The notes: generated from the letters alone by a model not told the origin. A stretch of DNA of 32,000 bases from Alkalilimnicola ehrlichii MLHE-1 (GCF_000014785.1 NC_008340.1:1500001-1532000), one strand, 5' to 3'; positions 15,788 to 27,068 are shown, counted from the first letter of the stretch. Numbers and translations: made by a program.

Positions 15788-16684
15788 ATGACCATCAAGA
15801 AAATCGTCTACGCCACCGACCTCTCCCGCCGTGCGGACCGTGCCGGGCGCCGCGCACTCCAACTGGCCAGCGACCACCAGGCCGATCTGCTCGCCCTCAG
15901 CGTGGTCGAGGCCGACCTCCAGGAGGAGAGCCTGGTCCGGCTGATGCGGGGCAGCCCGGAGGAGGTGGCCCGGCAGCTGGTCGAGGGCACCGACAAGGCC
16001 CTGGCCGAGCATATGGAGAAGTTGGGCGTGGTGGAGGGCGGTACCGTGCAGAGCCGGGCCGTGCTCGGGCACGGGCACAAGACCATTCTCAGCGAGGCCA
16101 AGGCCTTCGGTGCCGATCTCCTGGTCATCGGTGCCCACGGCCACCACCACCTGCGGGACATCTTCCTGGGCACGACCGCGGAGAACCTGGTCCGCAACAC
16201 CGACCGGCCCATCCTGGTGGTGAAGAACGAGCCTCAGGGCCGTTACCGCAAGGTGCTGGTGCCAGTGGATTTCTCTGAGCGGTCCCGGCATGCCCTGGAA
16301 CTGGCGGTCTCCTCCGTCGCGGACGATGGCACGGTGCAGGTGCTGCACGTGTTCAACACCGCGCCACTGGACCGCATCTACCGCACCGGTGCCGATGATG
16401 AGACGGTGCGCCGGATCCACCAGCAGGCCATGGCGGAGACCCAGCAGGACCTCTCCGCCTTCCTCGCCCAGGCGGAGGTGGACCTGGACAAGGTGGAATC
16501 GACCATCCGGGTGGGTTACCCGCCGCTGGTGATCGAAGAGGCCGCCAACGCCCTGAACGCCGAACTGCTGGTCATGGGCACCCACGGCCGCAAGCACTGG
16601 CAGGACGTACTGCTGGGGGGCGTGGCCCGCCGGGTGGTCAACCAGGTGCGCTGCGACGTGCTGCTCTCCCGCGGTCGCGCCTGA
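15788..16684 (+). CDS. tandem-domain universal stress protein (UspE-like)
   Basis: There are two Usp modules: KKIVYATDLS...LLVIGAHGHHHLRDIFLGTTAENLVRNTDRPILVV and KVLVPVDFSE...LLVMGTHGRKHWQDVLLGGVARRVVNQVRCDVLL. The start is trimmed to ATG 15788. Confidence 0.9.
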   Translation: MTIKKIVYATDLSRRADRAGRRALQLASDHQADLLALSVVEADLQEESLVRLMRGSPEEVARQLVEGTDKALAEHMEKLGVVEGGTVQSRAVLGHGHKTILSEAKAFGADLLVIGAHGHHHLRDIFLGTTAENLVRNTDRPILVVKNEPQGRYRKVLVPVDFSERSRHALELAVSSVADDGTVQVLHVFNTAPLDRIYRTGADDETVRRIHQQAMAETQQDLSAFLAQAEVDLDKVESTIRVGYPPLVIEEAANALNAELLVMGTHGRKHWQDVLLGGVARRVVNQVRCDVLLSRGRA

Positions 16685-16721
16685 TCTGACGCGCGGACAC
16701 CGCGGAGGTGTGGGGGCACCC

Positions 16722-18209
16722 TTAGTCGTCGTCCCTTGCCCAGCCCCCGGCCCGGCGGACCGCCCGTTGCCAGGTGGCCATGCGCTGCTCCACCTCATAG
16801 CGGGAGAGCCGGGGCGAAAAGGCGGTGAATGCGGCCTCCGCCGACGGCCTGGCGCCGTTCAGCCCTACCGCCCGGGCGGCCAGGGCGGCGGCACCGGCCG
16901 CCGTGGCCTCGGTGTCGGCCGGGCGCAGCACCGGTGCGCCGAGCAGATCCGCCTGGAACTGCATCAACAGGTCGTTGGCACTGGCGCCGCCGTCCACCCG
17001 CAGCTCCTTCACCGCCAGACCGGCGTCCACCTCCATCGCCCCGATCACCTCGGTGGCCTGGAAGGCCATGCTCTCCAGCGCCGCCCGGGCGATGTGGGGG
17101 CGCTCGGTGCCGCGGGTCATGCCCACCAGGATGCCTCGGGCGTCCGGATCCCAGTGCGGTGCGCCCAGACCGGCGAAGGCCGGCACCAGGTAGACGCCAC
17201 CGGTGTCCGGCACCTGGCGGGCCAGGGCCTCGATCTCGTCGGAGGAGCGGATCAGCCCCAGTCCGTCCCGCAGCCACTGCACCACCGCGCCGGCGATGAA
17301 GACACTCCCCTCCAGGGCGTAGGCCGTCCGACCGCCGATCCGCCAGGCGACAGTGGTGAGCAGGCGGTTGGCGGAGGCGATGGGCCGCTCCCCGGTATGC
17401 ATGAGCAGGAAGGCGCCGGTGCCGTAGGTGCACTTGGCCAGGCCGGCCTCGTGGCAACCCTGGCCGTAAAGGGCCGCCTGCTGGTCACCGGCCACCCCGG
17501 CGATGGGGATGCCCTCGGGCACCCCGGCGCAGCAGGTGGTGCCACAGACGCCGGAGGAGTCGATGATCTCCGGTAGCAGGGCGGCGGGGATGTCCAGGGC
17601 AGCGAGCAGGTCCGGGTCCCAGTCACCGCTGTGGATGTTGCATAACAGGGTGCGCGAGGCGTTGCTGGCGTCGGTCAGGTGCAACCGGCCGCCGGTGAGC
17701 TGCCAGATCAGCCAGCTGTCCACGGTGCCGAAAGCCAGTTCCCCGGCCTCGGCGCGCCGGCGGGCGCCGGGCACGTGGTCGAGCAGCCAGCGCAGCTTGG
17801 TGCCGGAGAAGTAGGGGTCCAGCAGCAGCCCGGTGCGCTCCCGGAACAGCCGCTCGTGGCCGTCCCGGCGCAGGTCGTCACAGAGCCGGGCGGTGCGGCG
17901 GTCCTGCCAGACGATGGCGCGGTGCAGCGGTTCGCCGGTGGCCCGGTCCCAGAGCAGGGTGGTCTCGCGTTGGTTGGTCAGGCCCAGTCCGGCGATGGCG
18001 CTCCAGGGGATGCCGGCGCGCTCCACCGCCTGGATCATGACCCGGTACTGGCTCTGCCAGATCTCTCCGGGGTCGTGCTCCACCCAGCCGGGTTGCGGGA
18101 AGTATTGCGGGAAGTCCTGCTGCGCGGTGCCCAGCACGCCGCCGTGGGCGTCATAGACGATGGCGCGGGAGCTGGTGGTGCCCTGGTCCAGGGCCAGTAT
18201 GGCCTGCAT
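16722..18209 (-). CDS. glpK: glycerol kinase
   Basis: [17 protein letters not shown]...WVEHDP.EIW...[15 protein letters not shown]...AIVWQDRRT...: full-length FGGY-family GlpK. ATG 18209 (GGAGG 12 nt upstream) is preferred over 18227. Confidence 0.95.
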   Translation of the reverse strand: MQAILALDQGTTSSRAIVYDAHGGVLGTAQQDFPQYFPQPGWVEHDPGEIWQSQYRVMIQAVERAGIPWSAIAGLGLTNQRETTLLWDRATGEPLHRAIVWQDRRTARLCDDLRRDGHERLFRERTGLLLDPYFSGTKLRWLLDHVPGARRRAEAGELAFGTVDSWLIWQLTGGRLHLTDASNASRTLLCNIHSGDWDPDLLAALDIPAALLPEIIDSSGVCGTTCCAGVPEGIPIAGVAGDQQAALYGQGCHEAGLAKCTYGTGAFLLMHTGERPIASANRLLTTVAWRIGGRTAYALEGSVFIAGAVVQWLRDGLGLIRSSDEIEALARQVPDTGGVYLVPAFAGLGAPHWDPDARGILVGMTRGTERPHIARAALESMAFQATEVIGAMEVDAGLAVKELRVDGGASANDLLMQFQADLLGAPVLRPADTEATAAGAAALAARAVGLNGARPSAEAAFTAFSPRLSRYEVEQRMATWQRAVRRAGGWARDDD

Positions 18210-18233
18210 GACGACGAAAGCCTCCACAAAGGG

Positions 18234-18256
18234 GCCTGCCCGTCATCCGGGCAGGC
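18234..18256 (-). terminator. possible weak terminator / 5'-UTR hairpin between thiC and glpK
   Basis: GCCTGCCCG (18234-18242) pairs with CGGGCAGGC (18248-18256) around a 5-nt loop. On the minus strand it is followed only by CCCTTTG, a poor U-tract, and then the glpK SD. Confidence 0.3.
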
Positions 18257-18281
18257 GACTCTGGGTCAGGCCTTCAGTGTG

Positions 18282-18323
18282 CCACCGTGGCCCCGACGTG
18301 GCCACGGTGGGGCCACGTCGGGG
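18282..18323. repeat. two overlapping, mutually exclusive perfect palindromes (11-bp and 13-bp stems)
   Basis: 18282-18292 is the exact reverse complement of 18300-18310. 18291-18303 is the exact reverse complement of 18311-18323. The two stems share bases. Confidence 0.9.
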
Positions 18324-18336
18324 CGGCGGCTGCCGC

Positions 18337-20380
<2,044 letters not shown>

Positions 20381-20603
20381 TCGTCAACCGTCACCGTAGC
20401 ACAGCGGCTATTACCGTGCCACGCTCAGCCCGTCCGTGTTCAAGTAGGTAAGGGTAATGCCACTTTCGGCGAGATAATCCGCTTACCGGCCCACAAACGG
20501 GTGAATTGGCCGGGCTCCCGCCCTTACCCTGCTGGGCGGCGCGACCCACACTTCAAAGAGATCCAAACAGTATCCGGGCGGTTCCCCGGAGGGAGTGTGT
20601 GCC

Positions 20604-22205
20604 ATGGCATCGCGGCTACAGAAACCTTTCTGGTCCGGTATCGCCCTGGGCTGGGGGCTGGCGGTTGCGCCGGGGTTGGTACCGGCCGGCGACGAGGGCC
20701 CGATCCTCTATTACGAGAACCTCGGCGACTACAGCCGGGCGGTCACCACGGATTCGGAATCGGCGCAGGCCTGGTTCGACCAGGGCCTTCGTTTGGCCTA
20801 TGGCTTCGCCCGCCAGGCGGCGGCGGACGCCTTTCTGCAGGCCACACGCCATGATCCAGACTGCGCCCTATGTCATTGGGGCGCGGCCTGGGTGCTCGGG
20901 CCTTATCAGAACAACCCCGGCGGCGTGGGGGAGCGGGCTGAGGCAGCAGCGGCCGCACAGGCGGCCCTGCGCGCCCTGAGCCGAGCTGAAGCGGTTGCCC
21001 CATGGGAGCAGGCGCTGGTCGAAGCCATGGCGCAGCGTTACCCCGATGGCAGCGACCAGGCCGCAGCCACTGCCCCGTACGCGGAGGCTATGGAGCGTGC
21101 GGCGGTCGCCCATCCCGACGACCCCGATGTCCAAACGCTGTATGCCGAGGCCCTGATGATGTTCCGGCCCTGGGACCTCCATGACGAGGAAGAGGGGCCC
21201 TACCCCGAGACCCAGGCTGCTGTTCAGGCGTTGGAGGGGGTGTTGGCGGACCATCCGCAGCATCCCGGCGCCTGTCATCTCTACATCCACGCCGTCGAGG
21301 CCTGGGAACCGCAGCGGGCGGAGGCCTGTGCCGACCGGCTGGCCGACGCCATCCCCGGAGTGAGCCATATCCAGCACATGCCCTCCCACATCTACATGCA
21401 TGTCGGACGCTTTGGCGATGCGGTGCACCAGAACCAGCAGGCGCGGATCATGGACCAGGCCGCCGCCCGGGGTGCAGGCGTCAGCGTTTATCCCACGCAC
21501 AATACCGCCATGCTGGCCTTTGCCGCCTGGATGGACGGGCAGAGTGGTGTGGCCCTGTCGGCTGCCCGCGATCTGGCCCGAGAGTCCCCTGGAGATGCAT
21601 TCCATTACGATCTGTTGCTGGCACGCTTCGGGCGTTGGGACCAGCTCGCGGACCGTGATGATCGCCCGGAGATGCCCTTTCAGGCCGGCATGTGGCATTT
21701 CGCTCAGGGGCTTGCGGCGCTGCGGAGCCGTGGCCCGGAGGCAGCCAGCGGCGATTTGCAGGCACTGCGTCGGATTCGGGATAACACGCCGGAAGAGGCC
21801 ACCTACCAGTTTTTCGGACACCCGAAACAGGATCTGCTGGGCATCGCGGAGGAGATCCTGGCCGCGGAGGTGGCTCTCGCCGAAGGTCGCGATGTGGACG
21901 CCGAGGCCGCTTTGCGGGAGGCCGTCCGCCTGGAGGACGGGTTGCCTTACAGCGAACCGGAGCCCTGGCCGATTCCGGCCCGTCATGTGCTGGGCGCGGT
22001 GCTGCTGGAGATCGGTGACGCCGAAGAGGCTGAGAGCGTCTACCGGGAGGCCCTGAGTGTCCATCCGGACAATGGCTGGGCACTTCGTGGCTTGCAGCAG
22101 AGTCTTGCCGCCCAGGGTAAGGCGGCTGAGGCGCGGCAGGTGGCCGAGGCCTTCGAGCAAGCCTGGCAGCGCGCGGATATCTGGCTGCCGGGGTCTCGTT
22201 TCTAG
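20604..22205 (+). CDS. secreted TPR-like repeat protein of unknown function carrying one CxxCH motif
   Basis: ATG 20604 with GGAGGGAG RBS. Signal-like N-terminus MASRLQKPFWSGIALGWGLAVAPGLVPA|GD. CALCH at residues 87-91 (nt 20862-20876). His-rich HIQHMPSHIYMHVG. Helical-repeat character throughout, with a C-terminal TPR-like YREALSVHPDNGWALRGLQQSLAAQGKAAEA. Confidence 0.7.
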   Translation: MASRLQKPFWSGIALGWGLAVAPGLVPAGDEGPILYYENLGDYSRAVTTDSESAQAWFDQGLRLAYGFARQAAADAFLQATRHDPDCALCHWGAAWVLGPYQNNPGGVGERAEAAAAAQAALRALSRAEAVAPWEQALVEAMAQRYPDGSDQAAATAPYAEAMERAAVAHPDDPDVQTLYAEALMMFRPWDLHDEEEGPYPETQAAVQALEGVLADHPQHPGACHLYIHAVEAWEPQRAEACADRLADAIPGVSHIQHMPSHIYMHVGRFGDAVHQNQQARIMDQAAARGAGVSVYPTHNTAMLAFAAWMDGQSGVALSAARDLARESPGDAFHYDLLLARFGRWDQLADRDDRPEMPFQAGMWHFAQGLAALRSRGPEAASGDLQALRRIRDNTPEEATYQFFGHPKQDLLGIAEEILAAEVALAEGRDVDAEAALREAVRLEDGLPYSEPEPWPIPARHVLGAVLLEIGDAEEAESVYREALSVHPDNGWALRGLQQSLAAQGKAAEARQVAEAFEQAWQRADIWLPGSRF

Positions 22206-22252
22206 GGGTGCCGGCGCGGGCGCGCCCCACCTGCCGGCCACAAGCTGCCCCT

Positions 22253-23080
22253 TCAGCCGGCCCCAACGTGCGGGGAGTGGAAGCCGCGGGCCGGCCGCCC
22301 GCCGATCCGGTGGGTGATCCCGGCGGCGGTCCGGGCCACCAGGTCGCCCAGCACAGGGATGCGGGCATCGCTGATCCGCGGCGTCGGGCCGGAGATGGAG
22401 ATGGCGGCCACCGCCTCGCCATAGGCGTTAAAGAAAGGCGCGGCCACGCAGCGCATGCCCAGGGCCTGGGCCTCGTCATCCAGGGCCCAGCCCCGCTGGC
22501 GGGTCCGGGCCAGGGTCTGGTGCAACTGGTCGGGGGTGGTGACCGTCTTCGGGGTGTAACAGGGCAGGCCGTGCTGGCGGATCAGTTCCTCCACCCGCTC
22601 CTGGCTCATGCACGCCAGCAGGGCCTGGCCCACGCCGCTGCAGGTGAGCGGCGTGCGGTCCCCCGGCCGGGCCATGGCGCGGACGATGGCCCGGCACTCC
22701 ACCTGCGAGAGGAAGACCGCGTGACCGCCGTTCTCCACCGCCAGGTTGCTGGTCTCACCGGAGGCCTCGGTCAGCCGGCGGAGGAAGGGGCGGGAGAGGC
22801 TGACGAAATCGTGCCCCTTGAGGAAGGCGTTGCCCACCGCCAGTGCCTGGACCCCGATATGCCACACCCCGGTGGATTCCTCCACCTCGACGAAGCCGCT
22901 GTGCAACAGGGTGTTGAGCAGCCGGTGGGTGGTGGAGGGGGCCAGGTCCACGTGGTCGGCCAACTCGGTCAGCGTCATCCCCGCTTCGACCCGGGCGAGC
23001 GCCTGCAGCAGCCGCAGCCCCCGATGCAGCGACTTGACCGTGCCGCCACTGACCTCAACGGTGTCCGATGCCCTGGCCAT
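22253..23080 (-). CDS. IclR-family transcriptional regulator
   Basis: N-terminal wHTH SLHRGLRLLQALARVEAGMTLTELADHVDLAPSTTHRLLNTLLHSGFV plus a C-terminal IclR effector domain (...GMRCVAAPFFNAYGEAVAAISISGP...). AAGGAG RBS before ATG 23080. Confidence 0.9.
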   Translation of the reverse strand: MARASDTVEVSGGTVKSLHRGLRLLQALARVEAGMTLTELADHVDLAPSTTHRLLNTLLHSGFVEVEESTGVWHIGVQALAVGNAFLKGHDFVSLSRPFLRRLTEASGETSNLAVENGGHAVFLSQVECRAIVRAMARPGDRTPLTCSGVGQALLACMSQERVEELIRQHGLPCYTPKTVTTPDQLHQTLARTRQRGWALDDEAQALGMRCVAAPFFNAYGEAVAAISISGPTPRISDARIPVLGDLVARTAAGITHRIGGRPARGFHSPHVGAG

Positions 23081-23154
23081 AATCGCTCCTTGTGTTGTCG
23101 TTCTGGTCGTTGGCGTCCTGGCCTATTCTACGAGCCCGCAACTAAACTGAAAGC

Positions 23155-24423
23155 ATGAACATTCAACCTGAGGCCTTTCTGCGCACCCTTTTCCAGACCG
23201 CCGTGGAGCGGGTCGCACCGGAGCGGGCGCTGCCCGGCCAGGTTCCTGAGCCCCCGACGGGGCGCACGCTGGTCATTGGTGCGGGGAAGGGGGCCGCGGC
23301 GATGGCGCGCGCCCTGGAGCGGCTGTGGCCGGGGCCGCTGGAGGGGCTGGTGGTCACCCGCTACGGCCATGCGGTGCCCTGCCAGCGGGTACTGGTGGAG
23401 GAGGCCGGGCACCCGGTGCCGGACGAGCGCGGGGTGCAGGCAACCGCCAGGATCCTCGAATGGGTGAGCGACCTGAGCGCCGACGACCTGGTCATCGCCC
23501 TGATCTCCGGGGGCGGTTCGGCCCTGCTGGTGCAGCCGGCACCCGGCCTGGATCTGGCCACCAAACAGGCGGTCTCGCGGGCATTGCTGCGCAGCGGTGC
23601 GGACATCACCGAGATCAACTGCGTGCGCCGGCATCTGTCGGCGGTCAAGGGTGGCCGGCTGGCAGCGGCCTGCCATCCGGCGCGGGTGGTGGCGCTGTTG
23701 GTCTCGGATGTAGCCGGTGATGACCCGGCGGTGATCGCTTCCGGCCCCACCGTGGGCGACGCCACCACCTGCGCCGATGCCCGCGCGGTGCTGGAGCGCT
23801 ACCGACTCCGGGTGCCCACCGCCGTGGACGAGGTGCTGCGCACCGGCCGGGGCGAGACCCCGGGCCCGGAGGATCCGCGCCTGGCGGGGGTGGAGAACCG
23901 ACTGGTGGCCACCCCGGCGCAGGCACTGGAGGCGGCCGCCGAGCGGGCGCGGGAGGCCGGTGTCACCCCCTGGTTGCTGGGGGACGCGATCACCGGTGAA
24001 TCCCGGGTTGTGGCCCGGGATCAGGCCACCCTGGCGCGGCGGATCGCCGCCGGCGAGGGGCCGGTGCAGCCGCCCTGTGTTCTGCTCTCCGGCGGCGAGA
24101 CGACGGTCACCGTCCGTGGCCGGGGCCGGGGCGGCCCCAATGCGGAGTTCGCCCTGGCCGCCGCGCTGGCCCTGGAGGGCCACCCGGGGATTTGGGCGCT
24201 GGCCGCCGACACCGACGGGGTGGACGGTACCGAGGATAACGCCGGTGCCTGGGTCGGCCCGGACACCCTAGACGCTGCCCGCCGGGCCGGCGTCGATCCG
24301 CTGGCCTGCCTGACGGACAACGACGCCTACGGCTTCTTCGCCGCCCTGGGTGACTTGTTGGTGACGGGGCCTACACTGACCAATGTGAACGACTTTCGGG
24401 CCATCCTTGTGCTGCCGCGGTGA
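23155..24423 (+). CDS. glycerate 2-kinase / hydroxypyruvate-reductase-like (DUF4147 + MOFRL)
   Basis: LVIGAGKGAAAMARALE...LISGGGSALL...INCVRRHLS.VKGGRLA...VLLSGGETTVTV.G.G.GGPN.EFALA...DTDG.DG......GA: typical TtuD/GckA-type family. Divergent from the IclR gene. Confidence 0.85.
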   Translation: MNIQPEAFLRTLFQTAVERVAPERALPGQVPEPPTGRTLVIGAGKGAAAMARALERLWPGPLEGLVVTRYGHAVPCQRVLVEEAGHPVPDERGVQATARILEWVSDLSADDLVIALISGGGSALLVQPAPGLDLATKQAVSRALLRSGADITEINCVRRHLSAVKGGRLAAACHPARVVALLVSDVAGDDPAVIASGPTVGDATTCADARAVLERYRLRVPTAVDEVLRTGRGETPGPEDPRLAGVENRLVATPAQALEAAAERAREAGVTPWLLGDAITGESRVVARDQATLARRIAAGEGPVQPPCVLLSGGETTVTVRGRGRGGPNAEFALAAALALEGHPGIWALAADTDGVDGTEDNAGAWVGPDTLDAARRAGVDPLACLTDNDAYGFFAALGDLLVTGPTLTNVNDFRAILVLPR

Positions 24424-24463
24424 CGGCGCACTCATTTGAAGCGACACCGGAGGTGTATCGGCT

Positions 24464-24805
24464 ATGTCATTGACGGATAAAGTCTGCACGGCCTGTCAGG
24501 GTGGGGTCGAACCGATGGACGAGGCGGCGGCCCAGCGGTACCTGGCCGAGGTGCCGGGATGGGAGCTGACCCATGCGGGCACCCGGATCGAGCGGCATTT
24601 CAAGACCGGCGATTTCGCCACCGCACTGGGGTTCACGCAGACCGTGGGCGAATTGGCGGAGCAGGAGGACCACCACCCGCAGATCACCCTTGGCTGGGGC
24701 TTCGTCCAGGTGGAACTCTACACCCACAAGATCGGCGGGCTGCACGAAAACGACTTCATCCTGGCCGCCAAGATCAATCAGGCCTGGGATCAGGCCCGGC
24801 GCTGA
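24464..24805 (+). CDS. phhB: pterin-4a-carbinolamine dehydratase (COG2154)
   Basis: EQEDHHPQITLGWGFVQVELYTHKIGGLHENDF fits the catalytic motif as I recall it, [EDKH]-x3-H-[HN]-[PCS]-x5,6-[YWF]-x9-[HW]-x8,15-D. GGAGG RBS 10 nt upstream. Confidence 0.9.
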   Translation: MSLTDKVCTACQGGVEPMDEAAAQRYLAEVPGWELTHAGTRIERHFKTGDFATALGFTQTVGELAEQEDHHPQITLGWGFVQVELYTHKIGGLHENDFILAAKINQAWDQARR

Positions 24806-24850
24806 CGGCAAGCCGGCGTCGGTGGTCACGCTGCGCCGGCGCCGCCACCC

Positions 24851-25348
24851 TCAGCCCGCCGGGCGGTCGCGATCCCAGGTGCCGGAGCGGCCGCCGCTCT
24901 TGTGCAGCAGTTGCACGCCGGTGATGCGCATGCCCCGGTCCATCGCCTTGCACATGTCGTAGACGGTCAGCAGTGCCACCTGGACCGCGGTCAAGGCCTC
25001 CATCTCCACCCCGGTTCGCTCCACGGTCTCGGTGCGCGCCTGACAGTGCACGGCGTGGCGGTCACGATCCGGGGTAAGCTCCAACGAGGCGTGGGTGAGG
25101 GCAATGGGATGGCAGAGGGGGATCAACTCCCAGGTGCGCTTGCACGCCATCAGCCCGGCGATGCGTGCCGCACCCAGGGCATCGCCTTTCTTCAGGTCGC
25201 CGGCGATCAGGCGCTCAAGGGTAGCCGGGGCCATCTCGATCCAGCCCTCAGCCACGGCCACCCGCCGGGTGCCCGCCTTTTCACCGACGTTCACGATATG
25301 GACCTCGCCCTCGGGGTTGAGGTGGGTCAGGTCGTCGCTCTTAGCCAT
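24851..25348 (-). CDS. moaC: cyclic pyranopterin monophosphate synthase accessory/catalytic protein MoaC
   Basis: LTHLNPEGEVHIVNVGEK...GDALGAARIAGLMACKRTWELIPLCHPIALT... parallels E. coli MoaC. The start is trimmed to ATG 25348. Confidence 0.93.
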   Translation of the reverse strand: MAKSDDLTHLNPEGEVHIVNVGEKAGTRRVAVAEGWIEMAPATLERLIAGDLKKGDALGAARIAGLMACKRTWELIPLCHPIALTHASLELTPDRDRHAVHCQARTETVERTGVEMEALTAVQVALLTVYDMCKAMDRGMRITGVQLLHKSGGRSGTWDRDRPAG

Positions 25349-25349
25349 G

Positions 25350-25493
25350 TCAGAAGAACAGCTCCAGCACGCCAAAGGCGATCAGGAAGGCCCCCAGGAT
25401 GTAGCGCTGATGGCTGGGCGCCACCAGCACCCCAATGCCGGCCAGGATGGCCAGGATGGCCGGCAGGGTGGAAGAGGAGATGTGGATGGTCAT
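25350..25493 (-). CDS. small two-TM membrane protein (DUF3096-like), 47 aa
   Basis: MTIHISSSTLPAILAILAGIGVLVAPSHQRYILGAFLIAFGVLELFF. It was found as the C-terminal tail of a longer spurious ORF (25350-25751). Its stop is 1 nt from the moaC start. The family call is from memory of the DUF3096 pattern. Confidence 0.6.
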   Translation of the reverse strand: MTIHISSSTLPAILAILAGIGVLVAPSHQRYILGAFLIAFGVLELFF

Positions 25494-25539
25494 GATTCGG
25501 CCTGATCCCTCTGATATTCCGCCATAAACCGAATGGATC

Positions 25540-26259
25540 CTACCAGGGAATCGCGGTGCCGTCGCGGAAAAACCCGCCACTCGGCCCGTCCGCCGGCAGG
25601 GTCGCCGCCCAGACGATGCCGTTGGCGGCCTCAGCGGGGCTGCGCGGGGCCTGGCTGCCGCCCATGCGGGTACGGGTCCACCCCGGGTCGACGCTGTTGA
25701 CGCGGATGCCGTCGGCCTCCAGCTCCGCCGCCAGCAGGCGGGTGAGGGCATTCAGGGCGGTCTTGGAGATGCGGTAGCCCGGGAAGGCGGCCTTCATGCC
25801 CTGGAGCTGGCCGTAGCCGGAACTCACGTTGACGATGCAACCGGCGTGGCCGCGCATCAGCGGGACCACGGCCTGGCAGACGCGGACGGTGCCCAGCAGG
25901 TTGACGTCGAGGCTCGCCTGCAGCTGGCTCAGGGGCGCCTCAAGCACGCTGGCCTGCCGGGGATCGTCCGGATCCGGATCGATGAACTGGCCGGCGTTGT
26001 TGACCAGTGCATCCAGGCGGCCGAACTGCTCCTGAAGGTACCCGGCCAGCCTCCGCACGCTCTCCTGGCGGGTCAACTCCAGCGGCTGGTGGAAGACCTC
26101 GAGGTTCTCGCTGCGCAGCTTGTCGGCAGCGGCCTTGCCGGCCAGCCCATCCCGGCTGGTAATGACCACCCGGTAATCCTTGCGGGCGAGCTGGCGGGCC
26201 ACCTCGACCCCGATGCCGCGGCTGCCCCCGGTGACCAGAGCGATCTTTTCAGCTGCCAT
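25540..26259 (-). CDS. short-chain dehydrogenase/reductase (classical SDR, carbonyl-reductase-like)
   Basis: ALVTGGSRGIG (TGxxxGxG), NNAG, and the S...YRISK catalytic triad context. Confidence 0.88.
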   Translation of the reverse strand: MAAEKIALVTGGSRGIGVEVARQLARKDYRVVITSRDGLAGKAAADKLRSENLEVFHQPLELTRQESVRRLAGYLQEQFGRLDALVNNAGQFIDPDPDDPRQASVLEAPLSQLQASLDVNLLGTVRVCQAVVPLMRGHAGCIVNVSSGYGQLQGMKAAFPGYRISKTALNALTRLLAAELEADGIRVNSVDPGWTRTRMGGSQAPRSPAEAANGIVWAATLPADGPSGGFFRDGTAIPW

Positions 26260-26350
26260 AGACGGGCTCCCTGCAGGCCGACGGGCCGACCCTAGCCGCG
26301 CCCCGGAACGTGGTCAAGGCACGGCCCCGGCGGGTGCCGGCGGGACGGGG

Positions 26351-27049
26351 TCAATCCCGCTCCCGGAGGTAGTGCTTGTCCACCACCGCGAGGGCGTCAT
26401 CGAGTTCGTAGACCAAGGGGTCGCCGGTGGCGATCTCCACCTTCATGATGGCCTCGTCGTCCAGCCCGTCCAGGTGTTTGATCAGGGCCCGGATGCTGTT
26501 GCCGTGGGCCGCGATCAGCACGTTGTCGCAATCACGCAGGGTGGGCACGATGCGTTCGTTCCAGTAGGGCAGGACCCGCTCCAGGGTCAGGGCCAGGGAC
26601 TCGGTCGCCGGGAGCTGCTCCGGTTTGAGGCTGGCGTAGCGCGGGTCGTGCCTGGGGTGGTAGGGGCTGGTTTCGTCCAGCGGAGGAGGAGGAGTGTCGT
26701 AGCTGCGGCGCCAGATATGGACCTGTTCGGCGCCGTATTCCTCGGCGGTCTCCGCCTTGTTCAGGCCAGTAAGGGCACCGTAGTGGCGCTCGTTGAGTTG
26801 CCACGCCTTGGTGACGGGGATCCACATCTGGTCCAGCTCATCCAGTCCGATCCAGAGCGTGCGGATAGCGCGCTTGAGCACGGAGGTGTAGGCGTAGTCG
26901 AAGCGCAGGCCGTGCCGTTTCATCAGCTGACCGGCGGCCTGGGCCTCTTCCCGGCCCTTTTCGGTCAGGTCGACGTCGTGCCAGCCGGTGAACCGGTTTT
27001 CCTGGTTCCAGATGCTTTGCCCGTGGCGGAGTAAAACAAGTTTTTTCAT
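26351..27049 (-). CDS. gpmA: 2,3-bisphosphoglycerate-dependent phosphoglycerate mutase
   Basis: [32 protein letters not shown]...[11 protein letters not shown]...[31 protein letters not shown]...[12 protein letters not shown]. Confidence 0.95.
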
Positions 27050-27068
27050 GTGCCTGCGCCCTTTTCTT

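Noticed and set aside
16696-16711. Short palindrome GACACC(GC)GGAGGTGT after the usp gene, recurring at 24443-24456 upstream of the PCD gene.
   Set aside because: There are only two copies, with 5-bp stems. In the second copy the GGAGG is simply the RBS of the PCD gene. This is too short and too rare to call a repeat family from one window.
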